64,000 bases of DNA from an uncultured Anaerolineales bacterium (lineage in GTDB: Bacteria > Planctomycetota > Phycisphaerae > FEN-1346). Positions 1 to 8,742 of the stretch are shown here, one piece after another. Position 1 is the first letter of the stretch; each line of letters starts with the position of its first letter. Position numbers and translations under genes: made by a program. The stretch spans positions 55,923-119,922 of the forward strand of contig CAYWVR010000006.1 in assembly GCA_964461715.1 (NCBI GenBank). Direction: 5' to 3'. The notes under the pieces are model-generated. The model was not told where the DNA came from, searched no databases, and saw only the letters and a program-made list of their open reading frames with translations.

Positions 1-19
1 GGCCGCGCGCCGCCGCCAC

Positions 20-1636
20 GTGCAGGTCCTGCTCGACGCGGCCGCCACGGCCGCCGTCGTCGCGGGCGCGGGCGGCGTGGCCGCCGTGGCGGTCGAGAAG
101 GTTTTCGGCCTGCACGCCCCGCCCGTCGGCCTCGCCGCGGCGCTGGCCGGGCCCGCCGTCCTCTACGTGCTCCTGCGGGGGTGGCAGGACCGGCCGCGAC
201 CGATGAGCGTGGCCCTGGAGATCGACCAGCGCCTGGCCCTTCGCGAGCGATTCTCGACGACGCTCGCCCTGGCCGCCCGCGACGATCCCTTCGCCGAGGC
301 CGCCCGCGCCGAGACCTACGCCCGGGCCGCACGCCTCGACCTGCGGGGCCATTTCCCCTTGCGCTTCGCGCGGCGATGGGCGGCGGCGTTCGCGCTGGTG
401 CTCTTGGCATGGGTCGCGGGCCGGACGGTTCCCTCGCTCGACCTCCTCGGTCGCGAGGCCCGGGCCCAAGCCGAGACCGAGCGGGCCCAAGCCCTGGCCG
501 AGGCCCGCGCCGAGGCCGAGGAGGCGGCCGCCCGCATCGAGGCCCTCGCGAAGAGGATGGGCGACGAGGACATCGCGCAGGAGGCCCTCCAACTCGCGGC
601 GATCGACCCGGCCGCCACCCCCGCCGAGATCAAGCGTCAGACCATCCGCAAGCTCGGGGCCCTGGCCGAGAAGATTCAGCGCGGCACGCCGGGTGAGAAT
701 CGGGACCTCGATGCCGCCCTCCGCAAGCGCCTGAAGCAGCTGCGCGACCCCGGCGACGGGCTCGCGCGGGACATGGCCCGGGACCTGGCGCGCGGGAACT
801 TCGCCGCCGCCGCCGCCAAGCTCCGCACGCTCCAGGACCGGTTGGCGTCGCTCCCCGCGGCCGAGCGCGAGGCCCTCGAAGCCCAGCTCGCCAACCTCGC
901 CGACCAGCTCGCGAAGTTCGCCGCCGACTCGAAGGCCCTTCGGGATGCCCTCCGCCGCGCGGGCGTCGACCCGAACCTCGCGAACCTCTCCGAGGAGGAG
1001 CTCCGCGAGGCCCTCGAGCGGTCCGGCCTCGACGCCGACCGGATCGAGCGGCTCCTCAACAGCGCCCGCTGCGCCCAGCGCGCCTCGAAGCTCTGTCGGG
1101 GTCTGGCCTCCGGACTCGGGAAGTGCTGCTCGGGCCTGCCCGGCGGACGGGCCGTGGACGGCGACGGCCTGGCGGTCCTCTCGGACCGGCTCTCGGACCT
1201 CGAGGCGCTCCAGGCCCGGGCGGGCCTGGCGGCGGCGATGTTGGCCGATGTCGAGGGACGCATGGCCGAACTCGGCGCCGGCCAGAACGAGTCCCTCGCC
1301 GGGATCGGCGACATCTACCAGCTCCCCGGCACCCGCGGGCCCGGCATCGGCACCGGCTCGGCCAAGATCGAGGCCGACTGGCACGGCCACGTCGAGACGA
1401 CACCCACCCGCGTCCCCAACCGCGAGACCGACGACCCCGGCCCCATCATCGCCGTCTGGGAGACCTACGAGGACCAGGTCCGGGGGGAATCGAAGGCCGA
1501 AGCGCGGCAGACGATCCGGGCGGCGCGGGACCGGGCCGCCGACGCCGTGACCGCCGGTCGCATCCCCTCCAAGTACCACGACGCCGTCACGCGCTACTTC
1601 GACGAGCTGGAATCGCCGCAGGAGACGGCTCCATGA
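20..1636 (+). CDS. Membrane-anchored coiled-coil protein of unknown function (possibly 5'-truncated by the window edge)
   Basis: ORF 20..1636 starts at a GTG. The frame stays open back to base 2, so the true start may lie upstream. Hydrophobic N-terminal segments (AAVVAGAGGVAAVAV, GLAAALAGPAVLYVLL) are followed by a long Ala/Glu/Arg/Leu-rich helical region. Composition is normal compared with the Arg/Pro-rich overlapping ORFs. It lies 47 nt upstream of the BatA-like gene on the same strand. Confidence 0.6.
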   Translation: MQVLLDAAATAAVVAGAGGVAAVAVEKVFGLHAPPVGLAAALAGPAVLYVLLRGWQDRPRPMSVALEIDQRLALRERFSTTLALAARDDPFAEAARAETYARAARLDLRGHFPLRFARRWAAAFALVLLAWVAGRTVPSLDLLGREARAQAETERAQALAEARAEAEEAAARIEALAKRMGDEDIAQEALQLAAIDPAATPAEIKRQTIRKLGALAEKIQRGTPGENRDLDAALRKRLKQLRDPGDGLARDMARDLARGNFAAAAAKLRTLQDRLASLPAAEREALEAQLANLADQLAKFAADSKALRDALRRAGVDPNLANLSEEELREALERSGLDADRIERLLNSARCAQRASKLCRGLASGLGKCCSGLPGGRAVDGDGLAVLSDRLSDLEALQARAGLAAAMLADVEGRMAELGAGQNESLAGIGDIYQLPGTRGPGIGTGSAKIEADWHGHVETTPTRVPNRETDDPGPIIAVWETYEDQVRGESKAEARQTIRAARDRAADAVTAGRIPSKYHDAVTRYFDELESPQETAP

Positions 1637-1682
1637 CGCGGCGCCGCGCCTCCCTCGCCCCCGCGTGGCGCGGGGGTGGGGT

Positions 1683-4607
1683 ATGGTGACCTTTCGCTTC
1701 GCCCACCCGTGGTGGCTGCTGGCGGCCCTGGTCGTCGTGCCGCTCGTCTATCTCTCGTGGCGTCCGTTGGAGGCGGCCGGAAAGGTGCGGCGGGGGGTGT
1801 CCGTCGCGATCCGGGCCCTGGGCGTTCTGGTGCTGGCGTCGGTGTTGGCCGAGCCGGTCCTTGTGCGGGTCCACGACCGGGTCACCGTGATCGCCGTCCT
1901 CGACCGGAGCCTCTCGGTGCCCGAGGCCGTGGCCGACGGGGCCCGGACCTGGCTCCAGGCTGCCGCCGCCGCCGGGCGCGGACCGGACGACCGGTTCGCC
2001 GTCCTCTCGGTGGCCGAGCGGGCCGTCATCGAGCGTCTCGGCGGCGCGAAAGCGACCGTCGACGAGCGCGTCCTCAGCCTCACGGGCGAGCAGACGAACC
2101 TCGCCGCCGGCGTCGAGATGGCCCTGGCCATCGCCCCCGCCGACACCGCCGTCCGGCTGCTCGTGGCGAGCGACGGCAACGAGACGGCCGGCGACCTGCG
2201 CGAGACCGTCCGCGTGGCGGCGGCCGGCGGTATCCCGATCGACGTGCTGGGCCTCAAGTACCGGCACCCCCGCGAGGTGTTCCTCAAGCGGCTCGTCTCG
2301 CCGGCCATGGCGACCCGCGGCCAGACGGTGGCCCTTCGGTTTGTCCTCGCGAGCACGGCCGAGGCGCGGGGACGGCTGAGCCTCAGCCTCGGCGACCGGC
2401 CCGTCGACCTCGACCCGACGAGCGATGCCCTGGCCGCCCCCCTCCGCCTCAAGGCCGGGACCAACGTCAAGACCATCTCGCTGCCGGTCGGGTCGCGCGG
2501 GCTGCACGAGTTCAAGGCCGAGTTCATCCCGGACGACCCGTCCCAAGACGGTCTCGTGCGCAACAACCGGGCCTCGAGCGTCACGTACGTCGAGGGCCCC
2601 GGGCACGTCCTCGTCGTCGACGGCGACGGCCGCTCCGCCGCCCCCCTTGTGCGGGCCTTGACGGAGGCGGGCCTCGAGGCGCGCGGGCGAGGCGTGGGCG
2701 ACCTGCCCTCGAACCTCGCAGGCCTCGTCGACACCGACGCCGTCCTCCTCGCCAACGTCGCCGCCACCGACCTCTCGTTCGCCCAGCAGGAGATGCTGGG
2801 CCACTACGTGCGGGAGCTGGGCGGCGGGATCGTGATGACCGGCGGGCCGCAGAGCTTCGGGGCGGGCGGATGGATCGGGTCCCCCCTGGCCGACGTCCTG
2901 CCCGTCGACCTCGACCCGCCGCAGAAGAAGGAGATGCCCGAGGGCGTCCTGGTCCTCATCATCGACCGGTCCGGCTCGATGTCCGGCCGCAAGCTCCAGC
3001 TCTGCAAGGGGGCCGCCATCGCGGCGATGCGGACCCTCAGCCGCCTCGACACCGTCGGCGTCATCATGTTCGACACCCGGGCCGAGTGGGTCGTCCCTCT
3101 CCAGCGGGCCGAGGACAAGACCGCCATCGGCCGCGCCATCCGCCGCGTCCCCGAGGGGGGCGGCACGGACATGCACCCGGCGATGGTCGCGGCCCGCAAC
3201 GCCTTGGCGGGCCGGCGCGGCCGGCGGCATATCGTGCTCCTCACGGACGGGCAGACCGGCGGGCCCGATTGCCGCATCCCCGCCGCCGCCATGGGACGCG
3301 CCGGCATCACCATCTCGACCGTCGCGATCGGGCAGGACGCCGACGGGCGCCTCCTCCGCACCATCGCGAAGCTGGGCAGGGGGCGGTTCTACCCGGTCCG
3401 CGATGCCCGGCTCCTGCCCCAGGTCTTCATCAAGGAGGCCCTGACCGTCAAACGCTCCCTCATCCAGGAACAGGCCTTCACCCCCGCCGTCGCCGCGAGC
3501 ATGAACCCGATGGTGCGCGGCCTGGAGGGCGTGCCCCCCCTGGACGGCTACGTCCTGACGGCCCCGAAAGGCGGGGTGGCCGAGATGCTGATCGTCGGAC
3601 CGGAGGACGACCCGGTGCTGGCGGCGTGGCAGACGGGCGTGGGTCGGGCGGTGGCGTTCACCAGCTCGACCGACGGCCGATGGGACGGACCCTGGGCCGC
3701 GTGGGGAGGCTTCGGCTCCTTCTGGGAGCAGGCGGCCCGGTGGGTCGGCCGCAGCCGCGAATCGCCCGATTGCGTCGTCTTCGCCGACGTCGACGGCCGC
3801 CGCGTCACCTTGACGGCCGAGGCGATGGATTCGGAGGGGAACTTCGTCCAGTTTGCCGGCATCACCGGCCGCGTCGTCACCCCGGACATGGAGGCACGGA
3901 CGCTGGAGCTCGTCCAGTCGGGCCCCGGCCAGTACCGGGCCGCGTTCACCGCCGGACCGCCCGGCAGCTACCTGGCGAGCCTCCGCTACCGCAAGGCCGG
4001 GCCGGAGGGCGGGACGGGCACGGTGCAGGCCGTCGTCACGATCCCGTACGCGACGGAGTTCCGCGACCTGGAGGACAACGTGGCCCTGCTGGCGGAGGCG
4101 GCCCGGGAGACGGGCGGGCGGGTCCTGCCGGCGGACCCGGAGGAGGCGGACCTCTACAGCCGGGCGGGCCTGACGCTGCCGGAGACGCCGCTCCCGGTCG
4201 GGCAATGGGTGATGATGGGGTGGGTGGCGCTGTTCCTGGTGGACGTGGCGGCGAGGCGGCTGGTGGTGCCGTGGGCGAAGATCGCGGCCATGCCCGGCGG
4301 CGTGTGGCGGCGGGTGTTCGTCCGGGCCGAGCGGAAAGAGGACGCCCGCATCGCGGCCCTCCAGAGCCGCACCCGCCGGCTCCGCGTCCACATGAAGGGG
4401 CGCCGGAGGGACGCGACCGCCGCCCGCCGCTTCGAGGCCCCCGAGGGCGCGGCCCCAGAGATGCCCGAGGCCCCCGCCGTCGAGTCCGCCGCCGCCCGGG
4501 AGCCGCGCGAGCAGGCCGCGCCCGAGCCGGAAACCCCCGCCGGCACCGGCGCATCCCATCTGGATCGATTGCTCGACGCCCGCCGCCGGGCGAGGGAGAA
4601 CCGGTGA
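1683..4607 (+). CDS. Large BatA-type (aerotolerance N-terminal TM) / von Willebrand factor A domain membrane protein
   Basis: The N-terminus MVTFRFAHPWWLLAALVVVPLVYL matches the BatA N-terminal TM signature. VWA MIDAS motifs are present: LIIDRSGSMSG ... GGGTD ... VLLTDGQT. A C-terminal TM (WVMMGWVALFLVDVAA) is present. The ATG at 1683 is preferred over the GTG at 1665. Confidence 0.8.
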   Translation: MVTFRFAHPWWLLAALVVVPLVYLSWRPLEAAGKVRRGVSVAIRALGVLVLASVLAEPVLVRVHDRVTVIAVLDRSLSVPEAVADGARTWLQAAAAAGRGPDDRFAVLSVAERAVIERLGGAKATVDERVLSLTGEQTNLAAGVEMALAIAPADTAVRLLVASDGNETAGDLRETVRVAAAGGIPIDVLGLKYRHPREVFLKRLVSPAMATRGQTVALRFVLASTAEARGRLSLSLGDRPVDLDPTSDALAAPLRLKAGTNVKTISLPVGSRGLHEFKAEFIPDDPSQDGLVRNNRASSVTYVEGPGHVLVVDGDGRSAAPLVRALTEAGLEARGRGVGDLPSNLAGLVDTDAVLLANVAATDLSFAQQEMLGHYVRELGGGIVMTGGPQSFGAGGWIGSPLADVLPVDLDPPQKKEMPEGVLVLIIDRSGSMSGRKLQLCKGAAIAAMRTLSRLDTVGVIMFDTRAEWVVPLQRAEDKTAIGRAIRRVPEGGGTDMHPAMVAARNALAGRRGRRHIVLLTDGQTGGPDCRIPAAAMGRAGITISTVAIGQDADGRLLRTIAKLGRGRFYPVRDARLLPQVFIKEALTVKRSLIQEQAFTPAVAASMNPMVRGLEGVPPLDGYVLTAPKGGVAEMLIVGPEDDPVLAAWQTGVGRAVAFTSSTDGRWDGPWAAWGGFGSFWEQAARWVGRSRESPDCVVFADVDGRRVTLTAEAMDSEGNFVQFAGITGRVVTPDMEARTLELVQSGPGQYRAAFTAGPPGSYLASLRYRKAGPEGGTGTVQAVVTIPYATEFRDLEDNVALLAEAARETGGRVLPADPEEADLYSRAGLTLPETPLPVGQWVMMGWVALFLVDVAARRLVVPWAKIAAMPGGVWRRVFVRAERKEDARIAALQSRTRRLRVHMKGRRRDATAARRFEAPEGAAPEMPEAPAVESAAAREPREQAAPEPETPAGTGASHLDRLLDARRRARENR

Positions 4608-4663
4608 CCGGGGGACCAAGGGACCGGGTAACGAGGGAAAACGAAAGAGGAAGAACGGCGACC

Positions 4664-5689
4664 ATGGATACCCCGCAGGACGTGCAAGCGAAGTGTGAAG
4701 CCTTCCGCGAGCGGTTCGTCCGCCTCCACACGGAGATCGGCAAGGTCATCGTCGGGCACGAACCCGTCGTCGAGGACGTGCTCATCTGCCTGCTCGCGGG
4801 CGGGCACGTCCTCCTGGAGGGTGTGCCGGGGCTCGGGAAGACGCTCCTCGTGCGCACCCTCTCGGCGGCCATGACGCTCTCGTTTCGGCGCATCCAGTTC
4901 ACGCCCGATCTGATGCCCGCCGACATCGTCGGGACGAACCTCGTGGTCGAGGACCCCGGAACCGGCCGCCGCACCTTCCAGTTCCAGCCGGGGCCCATCT
5001 TCAACCAGTGCATCCTCGCTGACGAGATCAACCGGGCCACCCCGAAGACCCAGTCGGCGATGCTCGAATCGATGCAGGAGCGGTCCGTCACGGTCGGCGG
5101 GACGACGTACGAGCTGCCCGAGCCGTTCATCGTTCTCGCGACCCAGAACCCCATCGAGCAGGAGGGCACGTACCCTCTGCCGGAGGCCCAGCTCGACCGG
5201 TTCATGTTCAAGCTGCTCGTCTCGTACTCGAACCGGGCGGAGCTGCACGAGATCGTCAATCGCACCACCACCGGCCACACCCCCGCCGCCGCCCCCGTCA
5301 TCGACGGGGAAGGGATCCTCCGGGCCCGGGGCCTGGTGCAGCGGGTGGTGGTGGCGCCGCACGTGCAGGACTACGCCATCCGCCTCGTGCTGGCGACGCA
5401 TCCGGGGGGCGAGTTCGCCGCCGATGCCGCCAACCGCTTCGTCCGCTTCGGCGCCTCGCCCCGGGCGGCCCAGGCCGTCATCCTGGCGTCCAAGGTCCGG
5501 GCCATGCTCGACGGGCGGTACCACGTGAGCTTCGAGGACGTGGCCCGTTCTTACCTCCCGTCGCTCAGGCACCGGGTGCTCCTCAACTTCGAGGGCCAGG
5601 CCGAGGGCATCGAGGTCGACGCCCTGCTCGATGAGATTCGAGGTGGCGTCCCACGGACCACCGGCCAGGAGGCGGAGAAGACGGCATGA
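4664..5689 (+). CDS. MoxR-family AAA+ ATPase
   Basis: Walker A GVPGLGKT and Walker B ILADEINRA are present, with the QNPIEQEGTYPLPEAQLDRF motif typical of MoxR/RavA-type ATPases. The ATG at 4664 is in frame with the C-terminal part of track ORF 1676..5689; the upstream part of that ORF is Arg/Gly/Pro garbage. Confidence 0.9.
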   Translation: MDTPQDVQAKCEAFRERFVRLHTEIGKVIVGHEPVVEDVLICLLAGGHVLLEGVPGLGKTLLVRTLSAAMTLSFRRIQFTPDLMPADIVGTNLVVEDPGTGRRTFQFQPGPIFNQCILADEINRATPKTQSAMLESMQERSVTVGGTTYELPEPFIVLATQNPIEQEGTYPLPEAQLDRFMFKLLVSYSNRAELHEIVNRTTTGHTPAAAPVIDGEGILRARGLVQRVVVAPHVQDYAIRLVLATHPGGEFAADAANRFVRFGASPRAAQAVILASKVRAMLDGRYHVSFEDVARSYLPSLRHRVLLNFEGQAEGIEVDALLDEIRGGVPRTTGQEAEKTA

Positions 5690-6594
5690 CCCGCGTCCCC
5701 ACCCGTCGCGCGCGACTGACCGACCTCCTGGAGCCGGCCTTCCTTGCGCGCCTGGATCGGCTCGACGTCCTCAGCCGCAAGATTCTCGCCGGGAAGCTGA
5801 AGGGCGAGCGCCGGTCGAAGCGGCGGGGCACGAGCGCCGAGTTCGCCGACCACCGGCCCTACGCCCACGGCGACGATCTCCGGTTCCTCGACTGGAACAT
5901 CTACGGCCGCCTCGACCAGCTTTTCCTGAAGCTCTACCTCGAGGAGCAGGACCTCTCGGTCCACGTCCTCGTGGACGCGAGCGGCTCCACGGCGACCGGC
6001 GACCCGCCGAAGCACCGGGCGCTCGTGCGGCTGGGGGCGGCCCTGGCCTACGTGGGCCTGGTGAGCAACAACCGCGTGAGCCTGGCGGCGTTCGGGGACG
6101 GGCTCACGGGCCAGGTGACGGGCCTGCGCGGAAGGCGGCGCACCTGCGACGTGGCGGAGTTCCTCCTCTCGCTCGACCCCGCCGGCCCCTCCCGCTTCGA
6201 CGAGGCCTGCCGCCGGTGGACTGCCGGACGGATCGGGAGCGGCGTGACGGTCGTCCTCTCGGACTTTCTCTTCAAGGAGGGCTTCGAATCGGGCCTCAAG
6301 CGCTTGGTGAGCGACCGCTTCGACCTCGTGGCCATCCAGATGCTGAGCCCCGGCGAACGCGACCCGGACCTCGCGGGCGACCTGAAGCTCGTCGACGTCG
6401 AGGACGAGGACACGGCCGAGGTGACCGTCGGCGCCGCCCTCGTGAAGGCCTACCGGCGGAACTTGGCGGCATACTGCAACGGGCTGCGCGACTTCTGCGT
6501 CCGGCGGGGGGCCACGTACGTCCTGGCGGATTCGGCCCAGCCGACCGAGCGGCTCGTCCTCGACCGGCTCCGACGCAGCCGGCTGATCGGATAG
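5686..6594 (+). CDS. DUF58 family protein (MoxR-associated)
   Basis: RRGTSAEFADHRPYAHGDDLRFLDWNIYGRLDQLFLKLYLEEQD is the characteristic DUF58 core. The start overlaps the moxR stop (ATGA at 5686-5689). Confidence 0.85.
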   Translation: MTRVPTRRARLTDLLEPAFLARLDRLDVLSRKILAGKLKGERRSKRRGTSAEFADHRPYAHGDDLRFLDWNIYGRLDQLFLKLYLEEQDLSVHVLVDASGSTATGDPPKHRALVRLGAALAYVGLVSNNRVSLAAFGDGLTGQVTGLRGRRRTCDVAEFLLSLDPAGPSRFDEACRRWTAGRIGSGVTVVLSDFLFKEGFESGLKRLVSDRFDLVAIQMLSPGERDPDLAGDLKLVDVEDEDTAEVTVGAALVKAYRRNLAAYCNGLRDFCVRRGATYVLADSAQPTERLVLDRLRRSRLIG

Positions 6595-6745
6595 GAGTGC
6601 GGGGGGCATGGCCACGCGGTGCCGCGCGGCCATGCGCCAAGCGTGGACGACGGGGGTGGCGCGGGCGGGCAAGCCGCCAGGGCCGCCCGGCGAACGAGAC
6701 GCGGCCCCGCTTGACGGAAGCCGCACGAGGAGACGAACGGCGACG

Positions 6746-8701
6746 ATGGATTGGCTGACGCCCATGACGGGACTGGCGGTGGGGGCGGGGGCCGTGCCGC
6801 TGCTGGTGGCCCTCTATTTCCTGAAGCTCAAGCGTCGCGAGGTACCCATCTCCAGCACGCTTCTCTGGAAGCGGGCCGTCCAGGACCTCCAGGTCAACGC
6901 CCCGTTCCAACGGCTCAGGCGGAACCTTCTCCTGTTGCTTCAGCTCCTGGCGCTGGGGGCGGTGCTCGCGGCGCTTGCGCGGCCGGTGCTCTCTCTGGAG
7001 ACGGGTGCGGCGCGGCGGACGGTGATCCTGGTCGACGCCTCGGGCAGCATGAACGCCACGGACGTCGAGCCGTCGCGTCTGGCGGAGGCGAAGCGGCAGG
7101 CGGCGCGCGTCGTCGAGGGCCTGCGGGCCAAGCGCGCCTGGTTCCTCGCCGACACCTCCGACCAGGCCATGGTCATCGCCTTCAGCGACCGGCCCCGCGT
7201 CCTCTCGAACTACACCGCCGACAAGGGCCGGCTCCGGGCCGCCCTCGAACGCATCGAGCCGACCGACGGCCCGTCGAAGCTGGCCGGGGCGATGGCCCTG
7301 GCGCGGGCGTTCGCGACGGGCGGCGGCGAGGAGGAGACGGACCGCCCCGCGGCCCGGCGCGCGACCCTCGAGCTCTTCAGCGACGGCCGCCTTGCGGACC
7401 TCGACGAGGTGGCCCTGCCTCCCGGCAGGTTCCGCTACCACCGGATCGGCGTGGGCGGCGCGAACGTGGCGGTGGCGGGGCTGCGTGCGCGGCGGTCGTA
7501 CGAGCGGCCCGCGTGGCTGCACGTCTTCGCGAAGGTCGTCAACTGCGGCTCCGAGCCGGCGGTCTGCGACGTCCAGCTGGCCCTCGGGGCGGACGTGCGC
7601 GGCGTGAAGCGGGTCACGGTGCCGCCCCGGTCCGAGGGGCGGCCGGGCGAGCTGCCGACGCCGGGGCGGACGGCGGTCTCGTTTGCCCTCGAGTACCCGG
7701 AGGCGGGGGTCCTGGAGGTCCGGGCGGTCCACGACGACGTCCTGCCCGACGACAATGCCGCCTGGGCTGTCATCGAGCCGCCGCGCGCCCTGCGGGTGGC
7801 CCTGGTGACCAAGGGGAACCGGGCGCTGGAGACGGCCCTGAGGCGCGTGCCGCTCGGGCACGTGGAGGTCGTGACGCCGGCGGCGTTCGCGCTTCGGTGC
7901 CGGCCGGGGGCCGTCTCGCCCTATGGGCTGGCGGTGATCGACGGGTCGGTGGGCGGCCCGCTTCCGCGGGGCAACTACCTGGTGTTCGGTCCGCCGGTGG
8001 AGGGGAGCGGGATCGAGGCAGCGGGGGAACTGGAGCGGCAGGTGATGGTCGACTGGCACAGGAAGCACCCGGTGCTGAACTTCGTGGACCTCGACGGCAT
8101 CTTCGCCGCCCGGTGCTGGAAGATGAACGTGCCGCGCGATGCCTCCGTCCTGGCCGAGTTCGAGGACACGCCGGCCCTGGTGCTGGTGCAGCGGGGCGGG
8201 GGGACAATCGTCCAGGCGGGGTTCGACGTGGCCCGGACCAACTGGCCGTATGATGCGGGATTCGTCATGTTCTGCTATAACGTGATGGCGTATATGGCGA
8301 CCGAGGCCCGCGGCGCGGAGCGCGACGTGACGGTCGGCGAGCCGCTGGTGCTCGAGACGGCCGGGGCCGAGGCGGCCACGGTCACGGGGCCGGGGGGCGT
8401 GGAGGCGCGGGTCGCGGCGGATGCCGCCGGGCGGCTCCGTTTCGCGGCGACGCATCGGGCGGGACTGTACCGGGTGGCGCCGACGGAGGGCGAGCCGGTG
8501 CTCTTTGCCGTCAACCGCCCCGACGACGCCGAGAGCGACGTCGAGCCCGCGGACCAGATCGTGTGCACGGGCGAGGTGGTGAAGGCCGAGGCCGCCGAAC
8601 CCGTCGCCGCGAACCGGGAACTGGCCCCGCTGCTGGTTCTGGCGGCGCTCGGGCTGGTCATCGTAGAGTGGATTGTATATACCACAAGAGTGCGCGTCTG
8701 A
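6746..8701 (+). CDS. BatA-type N-terminal TM + VWA domain protein
   Basis: MDWLTPMTGLAVGAGAVPLLVALYFLKLKRREVPISSTLLW is a BatA N-terminal motif. A VWA DxSxS motif is present (ILVDASGSMNA). A C-terminal TM is present (LAPLLVLAALGLVIVEWIVY). The ATG at 6746 lies inside track ORF 6608..8701. Confidence 0.8.
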   Translation: MDWLTPMTGLAVGAGAVPLLVALYFLKLKRREVPISSTLLWKRAVQDLQVNAPFQRLRRNLLLLLQLLALGAVLAALARPVLSLETGAARRTVILVDASGSMNATDVEPSRLAEAKRQAARVVEGLRAKRAWFLADTSDQAMVIAFSDRPRVLSNYTADKGRLRAALERIEPTDGPSKLAGAMALARAFATGGGEEETDRPAARRATLELFSDGRLADLDEVALPPGRFRYHRIGVGGANVAVAGLRARRSYERPAWLHVFAKVVNCGSEPAVCDVQLALGADVRGVKRVTVPPRSEGRPGELPTPGRTAVSFALEYPEAGVLEVRAVHDDVLPDDNAAWAVIEPPRALRVALVTKGNRALETALRRVPLGHVEVVTPAAFALRCRPGAVSPYGLAVIDGSVGGPLPRGNYLVFGPPVEGSGIEAAGELERQVMVDWHRKHPVLNFVDLDGIFAARCWKMNVPRDASVLAEFEDTPALVLVQRGGGTIVQAGFDVARTNWPYDAGFVMFCYNVMAYMATEARGAERDVTVGEPLVLETAGAEAATVTGPGGVEARVAADAAGRLRFAATHRAGLYRVAPTEGEPVLFAVNRPDDAESDVEPADQIVCTGEVVKAEAAEPVAANRELAPLLVLAALGLVIVEWIVYTTRVRV

Positions 8702-8742
8702 GCCCGGGGCCGCCGGGGCCCGGGCCCAAGGGGGTGAGTGCC

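Noticed and set aside
1587-4619. 1010-aa minus-strand ORF, and similar very long antisense ORFs (18056..21049-, 25413..29966-, 42320..45454-, 57911..61615-, 31932..34307-, 8275..10791-, 6296..8455-).
   Set aside because: They mirror plus-strand genes that have clear family motifs. Their translations are dominated by Arg/Pro/Gly/Ala/His with no recognisable domains. Long stop-free antisense frames are expected in very GC-rich DNA.
1676-5689. Giant fused plus-strand ORFs in the track (1676..5689, 11973..15542, 13574..17578, 24912..29936, 28883..33268, 33305..36958, 34346..37006-).
   Set aside because: In four of them only the 3' portion shows real protein character: moxR from 4664, the permease from 13731, the propeller protein from 25713 and the unknown secreted protein from 35096. 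In 34346..37006(-) the real part is the PEBP from 34822. In 13574..17578 the only real stretch is the short permease-remnant segment starting at 15539. 28883..33268 contains no gene in its own frame. The remainder of each is Arg/Gly/Pro-rich read-through, often across genes on the opposite strand or in another frame.
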